A stretch of DNA of 61,493 nt, filler included, from Choristocarpus tenellus KU-1152 (Eukaryota; Protista; Phaeophyceae), in the NCBI GenBank assembly GCA_964200185.2. It is 11 parts of 11 records of this genome, joined end to end, with 100 filler letters (N's around TTAATTAATTAA, not from the genome) between each part and the next. Parts side by side here need not be neighbours in the genome. Positions count along the whole stretch, not along the records: positions 10,723 to 13,279 come from CAXNAD020026807.1; positions 13,380 to 17,047 come from CAXNAD020018614.1; positions 17,148 to 20,168 come from CAXNAD020022884.1; positions 20,269 to 24,774 come from CAXNAD020014245.1; positions 24,875 to 35,354 come from CAXNAD020002904.1; 6 more parts are not named here. The stretch is one strand, 5' to 3'. Of the stretch, positions 13,095 to 25,089 are shown one piece after another. The translations under genes were made by a program, and so were the position numbers. The notes under the pieces are model-generated. The model searched no databases and was not told the DNA's origin. It saw only the letters and a program-made list of their open reading frames with translations. Positions within the stretch are counted from its first letter, which is position 1. Every line of letters starts with the position of its first letter.

Positions 13095-13255
13095 TACTAC
13101 GAGGGGAGAGTCTTTCTGTGACAGTACCCTATTTTCTATGCGATAGTGAGACATTTCATTCTTGAGTCTGTAGTTGTTTTTTGTCCATAGTTATGAAAGG
13201 GAGAAAGTCTTTCGATGACTGAACCCTATTTGAACGTGAGTGCGAGATTTTGTGT
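13095..13255 (-). repeat. Two inverted copies of the ~83-bp unit
   Basis: The reverse complement reads AAATAGGGTTCAGTCATCGAAAGACTTTCTCCCTTTCATAACTAT...AAAATAGGGTACTGTCACAGAAAGACTCTCCCCTCG. Confidence 0.8.
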
Positions 13256-13403
13256 GACCCAAAGTATCTGGGAGGGGGGNNNNNNNNNNNNNNNNNNNNN
13301 NNNNNNNNNNNNNNNNNNNNNNNTTAATTAATTAANNNNNNNNNNNNNNNNNNNNNNNNNNNNNNNNNNNNNNNNNNNNCCCCTCCCGCAGATACTTTGA
13401 GCC
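13256..13403. mobile_element. MITE termini on either side of a linker: left TIR 13256-13279, right TIR 13380-13403 (probably different copies)
   Basis: GACCCAAAGTATCTGGGAGGGGGG and CCCCTCCCGCAGATACTTTGAGCC. The flanks (TGT vs TTT) do not match as a TSD. Confidence 0.7.
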
Positions 13404-14889
13404 TTTGCCGGCTACTCAACTCTACCTCTACAACTTGTGTAAATCGATCGTAGAATATCGACCTTACTTACTCCCCTTTCGACCTCAAGGCTATCCACCA
13501 ATGAGATTCATCCGCCAAAGGTCTGGCAGAACAAATCAAAAGGTGTACCCTACACCTACCTATCTATCCTATCTCCTTACTCTCTCCCCCGTGATTTATT
13601 TGATTGGTCGGGGCGAAAGAGAAGAGTCACTTAAAAAAACAAACAAAACAAACTAAAGAGCCTCATTTTTTGTTTTTGTTTTTGTTTTTTGTAATAAAAA
13701 ATGAAAAAAAAAAGATGGCGACCAACACACAGCGATGGAGCCTACGGATTAGTCATACATGCAGGCAAACCACCTCATCAATACGGGGTCTCCATCGAAT
13801 GGAGGCGTAGGCGATAATGCTTCTTTCACGCGTCGAATACTCTCACTCCGTGAACACACACACACACAAAAAAAGAAATGTTATCTTCTATTCGGAGCAC
13901 AGTGTACAAAAAGAAAAATAAACAATACAAATGCAAAAAAGTCCAAAAATTAAATTGACTACACTTTGAAAAAAAAAAATCCCCTACCCCTCCACCAACC
14001 CCACTCGCGCCTCTCTCAACCACACCATCTCTCACTCTCCTCTTCATACCACTGCACTTCCGAGGGACTCTTCAAAACAAAGAAATTGTACTATATACTT
14101 AACAACCACGGTCCTCCAGCTCCACAACACAATGAACAAAACACAATAAACACAACACAGCTCCTACCTCGTTAACACATCAAAGACCTAGGTGCGTCTT
14201 CATCATCCCTATCGAGAGACTGACTGCCCCAGAGGCCGCAACGACGGAGGCCCGCAAGCAGAGGAGGCCCTAAATAGTACTCGTAGTCATACTAGCAAGA
14301 AAAAAAAAGAAGCAAGTGGGGTGTCGGCACCCTAACCCTAACTCTAGTCTCCCCCAGTAAGGTGAACAGAAAGGCAGCCAATCACGGCGTGAAAGTAGTG
14401 TTTAACATCTCTCCTCTTGTCTTTTATTTTTGTTATTTTTCTTTTTCTTTTTTTTTCCAAAAGAGTATCTGAGAAAAACAGTATATATATATATATATCT
14501 TTTTTTTTTCTTTTTCTTTTTTGCCACGGAGGCTTTCTAATCGTAGCGATTCTATCGCCACAATGATTTGATTTGATTTGATTTGATTTGATTTGATTCT
14601 TTTTTCTTTTTCTTAAAAGAAAATAGTCTAAATTAGTTGGGGGGGGTTTTCCCTGAAGATAATAGAAAAATCTAGGCAGGCGGGTGATTTCCAAAAGTTG
14701 ACCAACTCACACGGCGTATGGGGCGTGACATGCGTGTGCAGTCCATAGAGCCAGCACAATTTGGTTACGACCGAGATATTTGAAACTTGTGGCATTAGCT
14801 CTACTTGGTTGTGATACATGATTCTTCTCTCAAGAGCGCTGATCATCACATTGGAGTTCACATTACTCTTGAAAAGTACCTTCAATATA

Positions 14890-14925
<36 letters not shown>

Positions 14926-15210
14926 TCTACAGGAGGTCTTTCTCGATGACAGAACACCAACAAACTGTTTACTCTTACTTATTTCTTTCTTTTGGCATGA
15001 GATGTCTCTATTGTGGTTGGCAAAATAAATAAAATGCTTCAGAGCACTATGTAGCCAAATACTCCACAGAGTTGCAAAAAAAGGCAATAAAAACACAAAA
15101 AAACACACACACACACATACACATACATTGCTTCCTATTGATAAAATAATGCCTATTTGAAAGACGTCAAGGTACTCTACCTGCAAACAGCTCACCTGCA
15201 AACAGCTCAC

Positions 15211-15650
15211 CTGCACTTGAGAGCCTCCGCCGACGCTCTAGACCCAATAGCCACCACACTCATCTCCCCTGACATATCCCTTATCCTAAGCTCAACTGTC
15301 CCCCCTCCTGCACTCAAGGCAGTATCAACAGACCCAGCAACCCCAGAATCCCCACTCCCGGGGTGTCTGCTGCTCCTCTGTTGATGAGATGCTGCCGCAC
15401 CCGACATGGGGTGTTCAATTTGCTGGAAGGCGGTAGGCGGAATGGCAGTTACAAAAACGACCTGCCCGTAGACCGAAGCGTTGGCCATATTGGGGCGTAG
15501 ATCCGCAATCAAGAGCCTCTCCGGGAACTTTCAAAAGCGCACGGGGAGGGGAGGAGAGTGGGGGGAGGGGGGGGGGGGGGGGGGAGAGGGAGATTTGTGT
15601 GGGGTGGGGGGGGGGGGGGGGGGGGAAGGTGAGGGGGGGGGGGGGGGGGG

Positions 15651-15707
<57 letters not shown>

Positions 15708-15719
15708 AGGGAGAAATTG

Positions 15720-15764
<45 letters not shown>

Positions 15765-16373
15765 ACATTAATAGTACACCATACACGAGGCGTACTTCTT
15801 GGAACAGATCTAAACGGTAAGGGCCATGTGCAAGGCATGCGCAAGGCGTGAGTGCTACTCCAGCTAGGACGGGGTCATCACATCCCAACCCACCTGAGAT
15901 AGGTCCAGCATCCCGTTCTCATCTTCGGGAACACCTGCCAATGCGCCTCTCTTCCCATACCCTCTCCTTTCCCCCCCCCCGGTGCTCCCCACCCCGCTAA
16001 CCCCATCTCTTCCCTCAATCCTTTTCCTGGGAAAATACTCAGAAAATGTTCCGGCCCCTGCCTGAGACTTGGGTTCGACGGCCGTCTTCCCAGCCAAGGC
16101 CCCGTTGTCCGGCTTCCCGTGGAGATCTGTCGCCTCCTCCTTTCTAAGGCCGTTCTCCACAACACCGGCAGCGTTGCTGACCTTGGACACCTTCCCCAGA
16201 GGTCCTCCTACTGAAGGCGGCATGGCAGAGGAACGAATTGCCTCAAGAAAGGCCTTCTGGGACCCACCCCTAGGTACAATAAACAGGGCGGTGGCTGATC
16301 CGTACTCGTAGTGCCAGCGGGGCAAAGATAGGTCGTCCTTGGCGGTGGCAGCAGCCGCTGCAGCAGCAGCGGC
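15211..16373 (-). CDS. Cdc24-type OB-fold (CDC24_OB2/OB3-like) protein, internal exons
   Basis: Exons 16373-15894 and 15527-15211 give WHYEYGSATALFIVP...VPEDENGMLDLSQ|FPERLLIADLRPNMANASVYGQVV...VELRIRDMSGEMSVVAIG. This resembles, from memory, the plant Cdc24-OB motifs LEYGSATQLYLVP and DFSxYPFRxxxxDLRxxMxGxSLYGVV. A further candidate exon lies near 14270-14190. Confidence 0.72.
15560..15763. repeat. Intronic poly-G tract followed by (TG)n microsatellite
   Basis: Read directly; it generates the spurious poly-Pro/poly-Gly ORFs in the track. Confidence 0.9.
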
Positions 16374-16790
16374 CTGGTGGGTTTGTGGTTTTGGGCAGAT
16401 GGGTGAGGGGGTTGTTAGGGTTAGGTAGGGGGTGGCGTGTTTGAGGTTAGGGTTAGGGTCGTCCATGGCGGTGGCGATTTTAGAGGCGTGTGCGGTGGAG
16501 TTTTTGCAGTGCATGGACGGGTTGGTTTTTGTAACGGCAAAGGTTTGTTGTGGGAGTGGAACGTATCATGACTTGCAGTATTGCAGCAATGATGGCAGTA
16601 ATGCAGTTGGTTGTGTCGATTTGTGTTGACGGGATAGGGAAAGGCAGTTATTTGTGAAGGCAGTTATTTGTGTCTGTGGCAGTACGGAGTGGAAAGGGTA
16701 CTGTAACAAAGAAACAACGGTCATCACACTGTCATCACCTTTTAGAAGCACATCCATACTCACACAATCACACAATCACACAAACACACA

Positions 16791-16835
<45 letters not shown>

Positions 16836-17149
16836 CAACATCACCTTTTCATGAGAGAAAAACAACCTCACAACACAAAGCACACCTTAGACAGGCCCGA
16901 TAACACCACACCTCCTCCCCCTCCTCCTCCACGATCCAATGAGCACGGGTTGGATGCCCCAAACCCAGCATTGACCCCACCCACAGAACCGCCCTGTTAC
17001 ACATTGCTCCGGCGCGCTCTCGCGCGTGTTCTTCTCCTTACTACCCTNNNNNNNNNNNNNNNNNNNNNNNNNNNNNNNNNNNNNNNNNNNNTTAATTAAT
17101 TAANNNNNNNNNNNNNNNNNNNNNNNNNNNNNNNNNNNNNNNNNNNNTG

Positions 17150-17311
17150 GGAAAACCAATACCTTTACCGGATGTAGACCATCAAATCTCTCAACCTGTT
17201 ATTGGCCAATATACTATTGGTAGCATTGTTGCAAAAAGAATAGAACAGATCCCACAATGCCGTGAAATGATTGCAGCCTATCGTGCAGTAAATGGATTGG
17301 ATAAGCAGTAA
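17150..17311 (+). pseudogene. Possible C-terminal end of a retroelement ORF (...IEQIPQCREMIAAYRAVNGLDKQ*)
   Basis: Open frame from the contig start with a helix resembling a pol/chromodomain tail. No diagnostic motif. Confidence 0.25.
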
Positions 17312-18067
17312 ATTCTCGTCCCTTGTGTTGTTGACTTGAGAATTCGTGTTTGCTGTTATCATCCTCCTTTGCATAGTCTGTACATCATGCATTGCTGTCG
17401 TGTCGTAACCTATCGTGTCAGTAAAGAGATTATCGTGTGTATGTATGTGTGGTACAAATCATGGCCAAAAATTTTGTTTGTTAATTGTGTGTTTATGTGC
17501 TTTTTTTATTTTTTATTTTTTATAGACTAGTGTCTCTTGGCCAGATCTCGTGGTACCAACATACTATAATCCTTTACATAGGTTGTCCATCTAGGTTATA
17601 GACAAATCGTGTGTGTGTCATTTTGTCATAGATGGGTAGAGTCTAACGTTTTGTGAAGAGATGAGATAACTGGTAGCAGATGCCAGATAACCTGTCCACG
17701 TCCAGCTCTGACTTGGCATCTTGTGTTTACCAGGTTTATCAATCCTTCCAAATAGACTACACATAAATGTTGGTGGATTAGATAAATTAATATACAATTA
17801 ATTTTATCTCTCTACTCTCCTCGTTTGCATGAGTGGACACATGCGGTGGTGAAGAGATCGACCGGGCACATTATATATTAGCACGCGTGTGCTAACGGTG
17901 GCTGTTCATTACATCATGTCATGTTTTCATGAAATGGAATTATTGATCATCATGAAATGACTATCCCACCCTAAAAAAAAAGAAGAAGATTAACGTCTAC
18001 CACCAGGTAAGACATGGAGACTTCAGGTGAGTCACACATTTGTTTATTTATTTTATTTTATTTTATT

Positions 18068-20168
18068 TTTTTTCGCGTGGCATGATTCCCTCGACATGAC
18101 GTAATGACCGTACAGTCACCTCGTATCGTTTTAGGAGAGTTGAGCCACCAACATCGTACGTCCGAGTTGTATACTTGGAATAATGTTGTCGTGAACAATA
18201 TTCCAATCGAAGTCATAATTGAGGAAGGAGAATGGGTGCACACATTTGATCTCCTCGTCATTTGCTGTGTTGATTTGATCATGTAACACACGATGTTATT
18301 TTAAAGCATTGGAGTGGTGATCAAATCATCATGTAACACCCGAATAGCAATGTCGAATCACAAACACTAGTCAAATCGTTTTGTTGACATCGTGCATAGT
18401 GTTTGCTCCTCGTCTCCCCATTCTGAGTGTATCTTCTGTTTTATACAAGATGCTAGAGACCCTATATGCTGGCCACATATACCTCTTGCCTCGTCTTTAG
18501 GTTGATTGATATGCTGATCCCATACTCTCAGAACTCGTAAGCTTGATTGGTGTGCTGACCACACAACATCAACCTTTTAGGCCATGTTATCCTGATTAGA
18601 TATACATTGAGCCTCGTTTATATTGTATATTTCATTTTGTAATGGAGTCGTGTAATACAATGGTGCAATAGTATACTAACAATCACACAAGTTTCCCTCT
18701 TCGTTCCCAGAGCTCACCTTTTGGTTGACCTTGAATGTTTACATGGCTTCAAGGCCAATCAGAAGGGGGGGTGATGTGGAAAGCATGTTTGCCTGTTATT
18801 ATATCGTTATTGCCGTAGGCCATATACCGTTATTGCCGTAGGCCATATACCGTGGTGCCGATTGAGGTTCCCAGTCAAGCGTCCATGGTTTCACTGACAG
18901 ACTTTATGTCAGAATGAAACCATGGAAGTTCTTCATGTGACCAATCCCATATACTTGGGACAGCTCGTCATTCAGAGTTGTCACATATGGAAGATCCACT
19001 TTATTCTCACGTCTTGACATATGATGAAGCCCCATCTCAATGGTGCTCATCACTCCTCAGTTTGCACTTGTCCAACCTTAACCTCGTACCCTCGGTTATG
19101 GTTCGTCCTTGTTTGTGTGGTCCGTCTTGCCTGCTGATTCTCTTCACCACCCTTGCCTGAGTGAACCACGCCACCACAGAATCACACGATTCACATTGGC
19201 GACACTGGTATCCTCAGAAATAGGGTGACGGGGAGTTTCTTTTTGACCATGGACGAAAGATGCCGAACTCAAGATCGAGGCGAAGACGTCGCACGCAAGA
19301 GCACACACCCACCACCGAACCATCCAGAGCACAGGAAGACGAGATACAAGACCACGAGTCCACGGAAGACATGGAGTCTTCCACCTATATTAATTCTGAC
19401 GTGTCTAGTATTGACTTGACGTCATCCAGGAGTCTCACACTTGACGAACGCAGACGTGGTGCCCCTCCTTCCCCTCGTACAGATCCAAAGGCTCATACCT
19501 GACCCGTGTCGTTGACCCTTGAGCATCGGGTTCGCTCGGGCGATCATGACACTCGTCGGGTACTGTTTCAGGAAGAACCGGTCCCGCCTCCAAGTTCTAC
19601 TACTTGTGAGGTGGCCATTTCGCAGGCAAAGTTCGGTGATGCTGTACCAGCGTTAATCGCGCACCACGTCAACGAGTGCGCAAGAACGAACACCGTGCCA
19701 CCTGAATGGCTTCAGGACCTGATGAAACTTCAAGTTCGGGGAACGGGCACTGATCACGTAAGATCCCTTGAACAGAGTAGCGACCTCACACACCCACAAC
19801 CGCTGTCAGAAGGGAGTTGTTTCAGATTTTCCGCTTCGGAAATACAATTGGTCTGACAATTACGGATTCTGGAGAAGAGCATTTGCCACTCCTGTTCTCT
19901 AAATGGCTCGTGGCAATATCCTTGCATTCTAGTCAGTATGGTCCCGCATCCCCTGAGACGATCATTCTTGGTGTGTAGAATTATTACCGAAAATTCTTCA
20001 AGGACCAGCTGAAACCTCTTATTTTCAGACGCTGGCGGGTACAGTAAGTAGAGTGGCGTTCAACAAGTGATTTGGCTCGATTAACAATCGTCCCTTGACA
20101 CCCCCGTCCCTGTTACACCTCCAAAGACTTAGGATTATGTCCAGAAAGCCTTGATCACCGCGTTTACC
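18068..20168 (+). mobile_element. Ty3/Gypsy fragment: 3' internal region, PPT, LTR (18772-19195), PBS, gag-like pseudogene
   Basis: PPT AGAAGGGGGGG at 18761-18771. LTR is TG...CA, 424 bp. PBS-like TGGCGACACTGG at 19197-19208. Gag-like frame from 19260 has an in-frame TGA at 19500-19502. Region 18150-18771 is colinear with 20531-21140. Confidence 0.88.
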
Positions 20169-20268
20169 NNNNNNNNNNNNNNNNNNNNNNNNNNNNNNNN
20201 NNNNNNNNNNNNTTAATTAATTAANNNNNNNNNNNNNNNNNNNNNNNNNNNNNNNNNNNNNNNNNNNN

Positions 20269-21488
20269 CCGTCCAAAGTGATCGTGAACTATTTACTAGT
20301 TCCACTACCGTGTTTCCTTCAGTGGACCAGGAGCAATTGCGCAAGGAGCAGGAGTCCGAGTTCGGACCATATTTCAGGTATTTGCAGTCCCCCAAAGTTG
20401 CCCCACTGCTGATAAGGAATCAACGACGTCCATGTCGTATTTTTCCCTTCGTAATGGCTTACTGTATCGTTCGTATTTACCAGGCCATCTTCGTAAGAGG
20501 AGCACGTTTAGAGACCAGTTGGTCGTTCCTCACATCGTTACGTTTGTCCGAGTTGTCCACATGGAATATTGTTGCCGTGAGCAATATTTCCAATCGAAGT
20601 CAGAATTGAGGAAGGAGAATGGGTGCACACATTTGATCTCGTCGTTTGCTGTGTTGATTTGATTGCGTAACACACGATGTTGTTTTCACGCATCGGAGTG
20701 GTGATAAAATCATCGTGTAACACTTATAGCAATGTCGAATCACAAACACTAGTCAAATCGTTTTGTTGACATCGTGTGTAGTGTTTGCTCCTCGTCTCCC
20801 CATTCTGAGTGTATCCTCTGTTTTGTACAAGATACTAGAGACCTATATGCTGGCCACATATATATACCTCTCGCCTCGTCTTTAGGCTGACTGATATGCT
20901 GATCCCATACACTCAGACCTCGTTCGTAAGCTTGATTGGTGTGCTGACCATACACCATCAACCTTTAGGTTATGTTGTCCTGATCAGATATACATCGTTA
21001 GCCTCGTTTTTATTGTATGCTTCATTCGTGTTAATGGAGTCAAGTATACTAAAAATCGCACATGCTTCCCATATCGCTCTCACCTTTTGGTTGACCTTGA
21101 ATCATGTTTACATGGCTTCAAGGTCGATCTGAGGGGGGGGTGATGTGGAAAGCATGTTGTCGGTTATTATACCGTTATTGTCGTATGCCATATACCGTTA
21201 TACCATGGTATCGATTAAGGTTCCCAGTCAAGAATCCATGATTCCATGGACAGACTTTTCTGTCCGAATGTCACACATGGAGGATCCACTTTGTTCTCGC
21301 GTCTTGACTGGTGGTGATGAAGGTCCACCTTTGATGGTGCTCATCACTCCTAAGTTTGAACTTGACCAACCTTAACCTCGTACCCTCGGTCACGATTCGT
21401 CCTTGTTCGTGTGGTCCTCTTGCTCGGTGATTCTCTTCACCACCCTTGCCCGAGTGAACCACGCCCCCACAGAATCACACTATTCACA
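20269..21488 (+). mobile_element. Ty3/Gypsy fragment: pol piece, internal deletion, 3' region, PPT, LTR (21141-21488)
   Basis: YFSLRNGLLYRSYLPGHLRKRSTFRDQLVVP is the typical RNase H-to-integrase linker of Ty3/Gypsy pol. [13 protein letters not shown] at 21131-21140. LTR TGATGTGG...TTCACA, 348 bp. Confidence 0.88.
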
Positions 21489-21669
21489 TACAACATGATA
21501 CTACTAAGTACTATATAATAGATAGGAAGAAATAGTACTAGTCTACAATATACTATATATTGGTTAAGTTACGAACCTCTTATGGAACAACATCAGTCCA
21601 CCTAACATCTCACATCTCTATACCTCCGACTTCAGCACGTAGTTGCGGAAGGTTTCGAAGTATTGCTCG

Positions 21670-24052
21670 ATGATGTCCTCGCCTGCAGGATCTCCACGCG
21701 GCACAGAGAAGCCCTCCCGAGGAGGTCATGCCCGCGTTCGACACAACTCGGAAGATGAGGATGACAATGATGATCGGAGCAAAGTGATCATTGACCTAGG
21801 GCAAGGTTCCAACCCCTTCAGGTGCCCCTTCTTGCCAATCACATTGGTGAACACTTAGAGTCTCAGTGAGATTGTCTACAAAAATAAATTTCTGGCACTT
21901 GTTTGCTTCATTGTCTTGACGAGGATTGAAAGAACGCAAACACTGTCAAAAAGTCTGAACAACGAGATCCTGTGTCTGTGTAGGTCTAGGTCTTGAACAT
22001 TTCCTTGTCACGTTGAGGATTCGTCATACCTATCTATGTGTGCCCTGCATGCACCCGGGAGGCCTGAAAAGCAATGTGGAAACTCCCCGGAATTTCAGCA
22101 GCAAGTCCCAGTTTGTCGCTCTTGGAGTGGAGGTGTTGTCTAAAGACGGCCCCCACTGATGCACGCTTCATGCCATAACATACTTCGGAACCAACAGGCT
22201 TATGTGTGTAGCTATGACAAAGAGTTCGACCTTCCCATGTAACTCCTGCTATTGGCAAGACATGTAAAGGGCATGACCTATCTGTTGGTACTGATGTCAG
22301 CTTTCAAGCACTCTTTTCTAACCCCTTACGTCAATCGTTCCCCATTTGAAGAAAATGTCGCTCACAGTCAAGTGCGAGGCAGCTACCCTTATTTTTTGTC
22401 TCTCCCTCGTTCTCTCGTTCAATGTGTTGTAAGCCTGGTCTATTGTCTTCAAGAATAGTACATCCAAAGTTGATAGTCCCCCTTGTTCAAACCTGACTAA
22501 ATCCTCAATAGTTGCGTGCTATCATTTTTCAACACTTTTGTGTATCCCCTCTCCGTCCTCCACCTTCATCCTATACACACTGCTATCTCCTCTGCAAAAG
22601 TCCGCTGGATACATCTGGCGGTCATGTGCGTCTCGAGTCGGTGTGGGAGGCCCGTGCGAGGAGAATGCATCGCATGTTGGTTGTCACACTGGCTATTGCC
22701 GTGGCTATTGTGGCGGTGCTGGTGAGTTCTTTCTTACGTCATACTTAGAATTATTAGTGAAGTGCAGACAGTAAGATAGCCTGTTGCTTTACTCCTATGC
22801 TCTTCGAAGAATAAAGGCCAGTAGTTTTAGGACCCTTAGCACTTATTTCCAGTCTTCAATCCTGCGATACACCAAGCACTAAATCTCTACCCAAAGGTTG
22901 TCCTTGAAACAGTCTCTTGGACACTTACTTCAACAAGAACTGAATTGATTCTTTCCCTACGGGTAGACATGTTACCCCCTTCTAAAAGCCCAGCTAGCCC
23001 AGAGCCCTCAGCCCTTCCTCCACCCTCAATGAATTTTGTTTCGTTTTCAACTCTTGGATATCATTTTTAGTTCAATGTAGTGATGCTAGCTCTCTACCCT
23101 CTACACACCCCTTAGCACCATTTCAAACATGGTTTATGCCCTTGCACAACTCCAGTAGGATTCTGAAGTTTGATAGGCAGTGCAGTATTAAAGTTACTAC
23201 TGTCATTAGAGTATCGTGTCATAGTTGTCATCACGATTGTGTTGACATTTGTTAACACTTCTTTTTTGGGTGGGGTAATTTATAGTCTTCATCTTTACTG
23301 TTGTTTGTTTTAATACTGTTGTTCATCTGTGATGATGATTCGTCCATTTCGTCCTGTCCTTCATGTTTCCTGTCCGATTGATTGGGCAGTTCTTCCATTG
23401 CGTGCTACTATCATGAGAACACTATCACCCACTTTAGACACGCTACTAGAATGAGAAGGAGGGATGGCACTACTGTGGCAACAAGATACTACCACACTAC
23501 TACCAACACTACTGCTGCTACTATTACTACTACTACTACTGGTACTATTACCACTATTACTACTACTACTACTACTACTATTACTGGTATTATTACTGGT
23601 ACTATTAACACTATTATTACTCCTACTACTACGGCTACACTTCGAATACTGTATGTTGACTGTGAGAAAGTTTCTTGGAAGTGCAAGCAAAGAGGAGGAT
23701 AATGCTGCACATTTCGTGCTGTTTGAGGGGTGAGGCGTTAGTTACCATGTTGCAGTGCCGATTGGTTGGAAGGGGACAATGCGTTTCATCCAGTCAATAG
23801 GTTTGATTCATTTTTTCAAAAACAGATTCTAAACTTGAATTTATAGTATTTTTTTTCTTTCTTCTCTTTACTCCGAATCTATTTTGTCTTGACGTTCATA
23901 CTGCACCAGGCGGGGCTGCTTGCCACTGCCCTGACAGAGGGCAGCCCGAGGGGCGATGCCTGGACTGGAAGCTCGGGGGCAGGAGGGGAAGGAGGGGAGG
24001 GGGCAGTTGTTCCGAAAAGGGAGATATCTCGAATTGCCTTTGGGTCGTGCAC
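21670..24052 (+). CDS. phoD: PhoD-family alkaline phosphatase with N-terminal TM anchor, 5' part
   Basis: Exons 21670-21821, 22601-22721 and 23910-24052 are phase-consistent. TM segment MLVVTLAIAVAIVAVL|AGLLATAL, then ISRIAFGSC, the characteristic start of the PhoD metallophosphatase domain. Confidence 0.75.
23487..23640. repeat. Imperfect (TAC/TAT/TGC)n trinucleotide microsatellite in phoD intron 2
   Basis: Read directly. Confidence 0.9.
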
Positions 24053-24874
24053 GTGAGAACGCCTTAGCAATATTGCACTGTATGTTTCTTGCTTTTGAAT
24101 GCGATGCAACAACCTTTTTGCTTTTTGTCCTGGAAGGCATCTGTTTCTAGTTTGGGGTGCAAAAGTACTACCTTGGTATATTTGAAGGCGTTTCTTTCCC
24201 ACGTTTGATTCACAATCTGCAGCCGTGCTCATTGTATTCTCACCTGCCACTCCTTATCCCCCCCCCTCACAGCAACGCCCCCCAAAACGTCGTTGGGGTA
24301 TACTACGATATTGTTACTCTACCTACTACTTGACGCACGTGTGTACCTGAAAGCCACTAGCGTGTAAATTGCTTGGGAAGAGTTGGGACATGGTACCGGA
24401 CAAAGGACTACAAGTAAAATAAACCTGTAGACCAATAGAGTCGGCCCGTTCGTTCGCGTTGAACCAATGGGCTTTTTTTTCCTTTTAGGCCTGTGTGCTT
24501 TCTTTTTTTTCTTTCTCTTTTGCTCTTGCTGTACCCTGTCAATTTTTATTTTTTATCTTAGTTAAAAAATATGTGATCGATCCAGAAGGCGCTACTGATT
24601 GACAACAGTGTGTAGAATAAACGCACTTATATTTTTTGATACATTAAAAAATATATACTTGACATTATTTTTATTTCCTGTTTCCCCCCTTCCCCACCCC
24701 CCCCCCACCCCCCACCCCCCTGGGATTTCTTTGTAAAAACAAAGGTCGAAAGGAGTTCATGATGACTCGGGTCANNNNNNNNNNNNNNNNNNNNNNNNNN
24801 NNNNNNNNNNNNNNNNNNTTAATTAATTAANNNNNNNNNNNNNNNNNNNNNNNNNNNNNNNNNNNNNNNNNNNN

Positions 24875-24984
24875 GTACCCTCGGTTACGGTTCGTCCTTG
24901 TTCGTGTGGTTCGTCTTGCCTGGTGATTCTCTTCACCACCCTTGCCTGAGTGAATCGCGCTGCCACAGAATCACACTATTCACA
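24875..24984 (+). mobile_element. 3' end of the same Ty3/Gypsy LTR
   Basis: Colinear with 19086-19195 and ends ...TATTCACA. Confidence 0.85.
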
Positions 24985-25089
24985 ATATTTATGATTTTAT
25001 AGGGTGGTGCATGCCCCACTTAACTCTAATCAATCACTCTACAGACACCAAGCAATCTCGCTGGGTTTATCACCTTTATCCTCTTCGAT

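Noticed and set aside
15415-15844. Poly-Pro/poly-Gly ORFs (formin/extensin-like)
   Set aside because: They are translations of an intronic poly-G tract and a TG microsatellite.
18772-21488. An apparently complete LTR-gag-pol-LTR provirus
   Set aside because: It spans a linker, the two LTRs differ by many substitutions and indels (424 vs 348 bp), and no TSD can be defined. Adjacency cannot be trusted.
23361-23733. Poly-Leu, poly-Thr and poly-Ser ORFs
   Set aside because: They come from a trinucleotide microsatellite inside the phoD intron.
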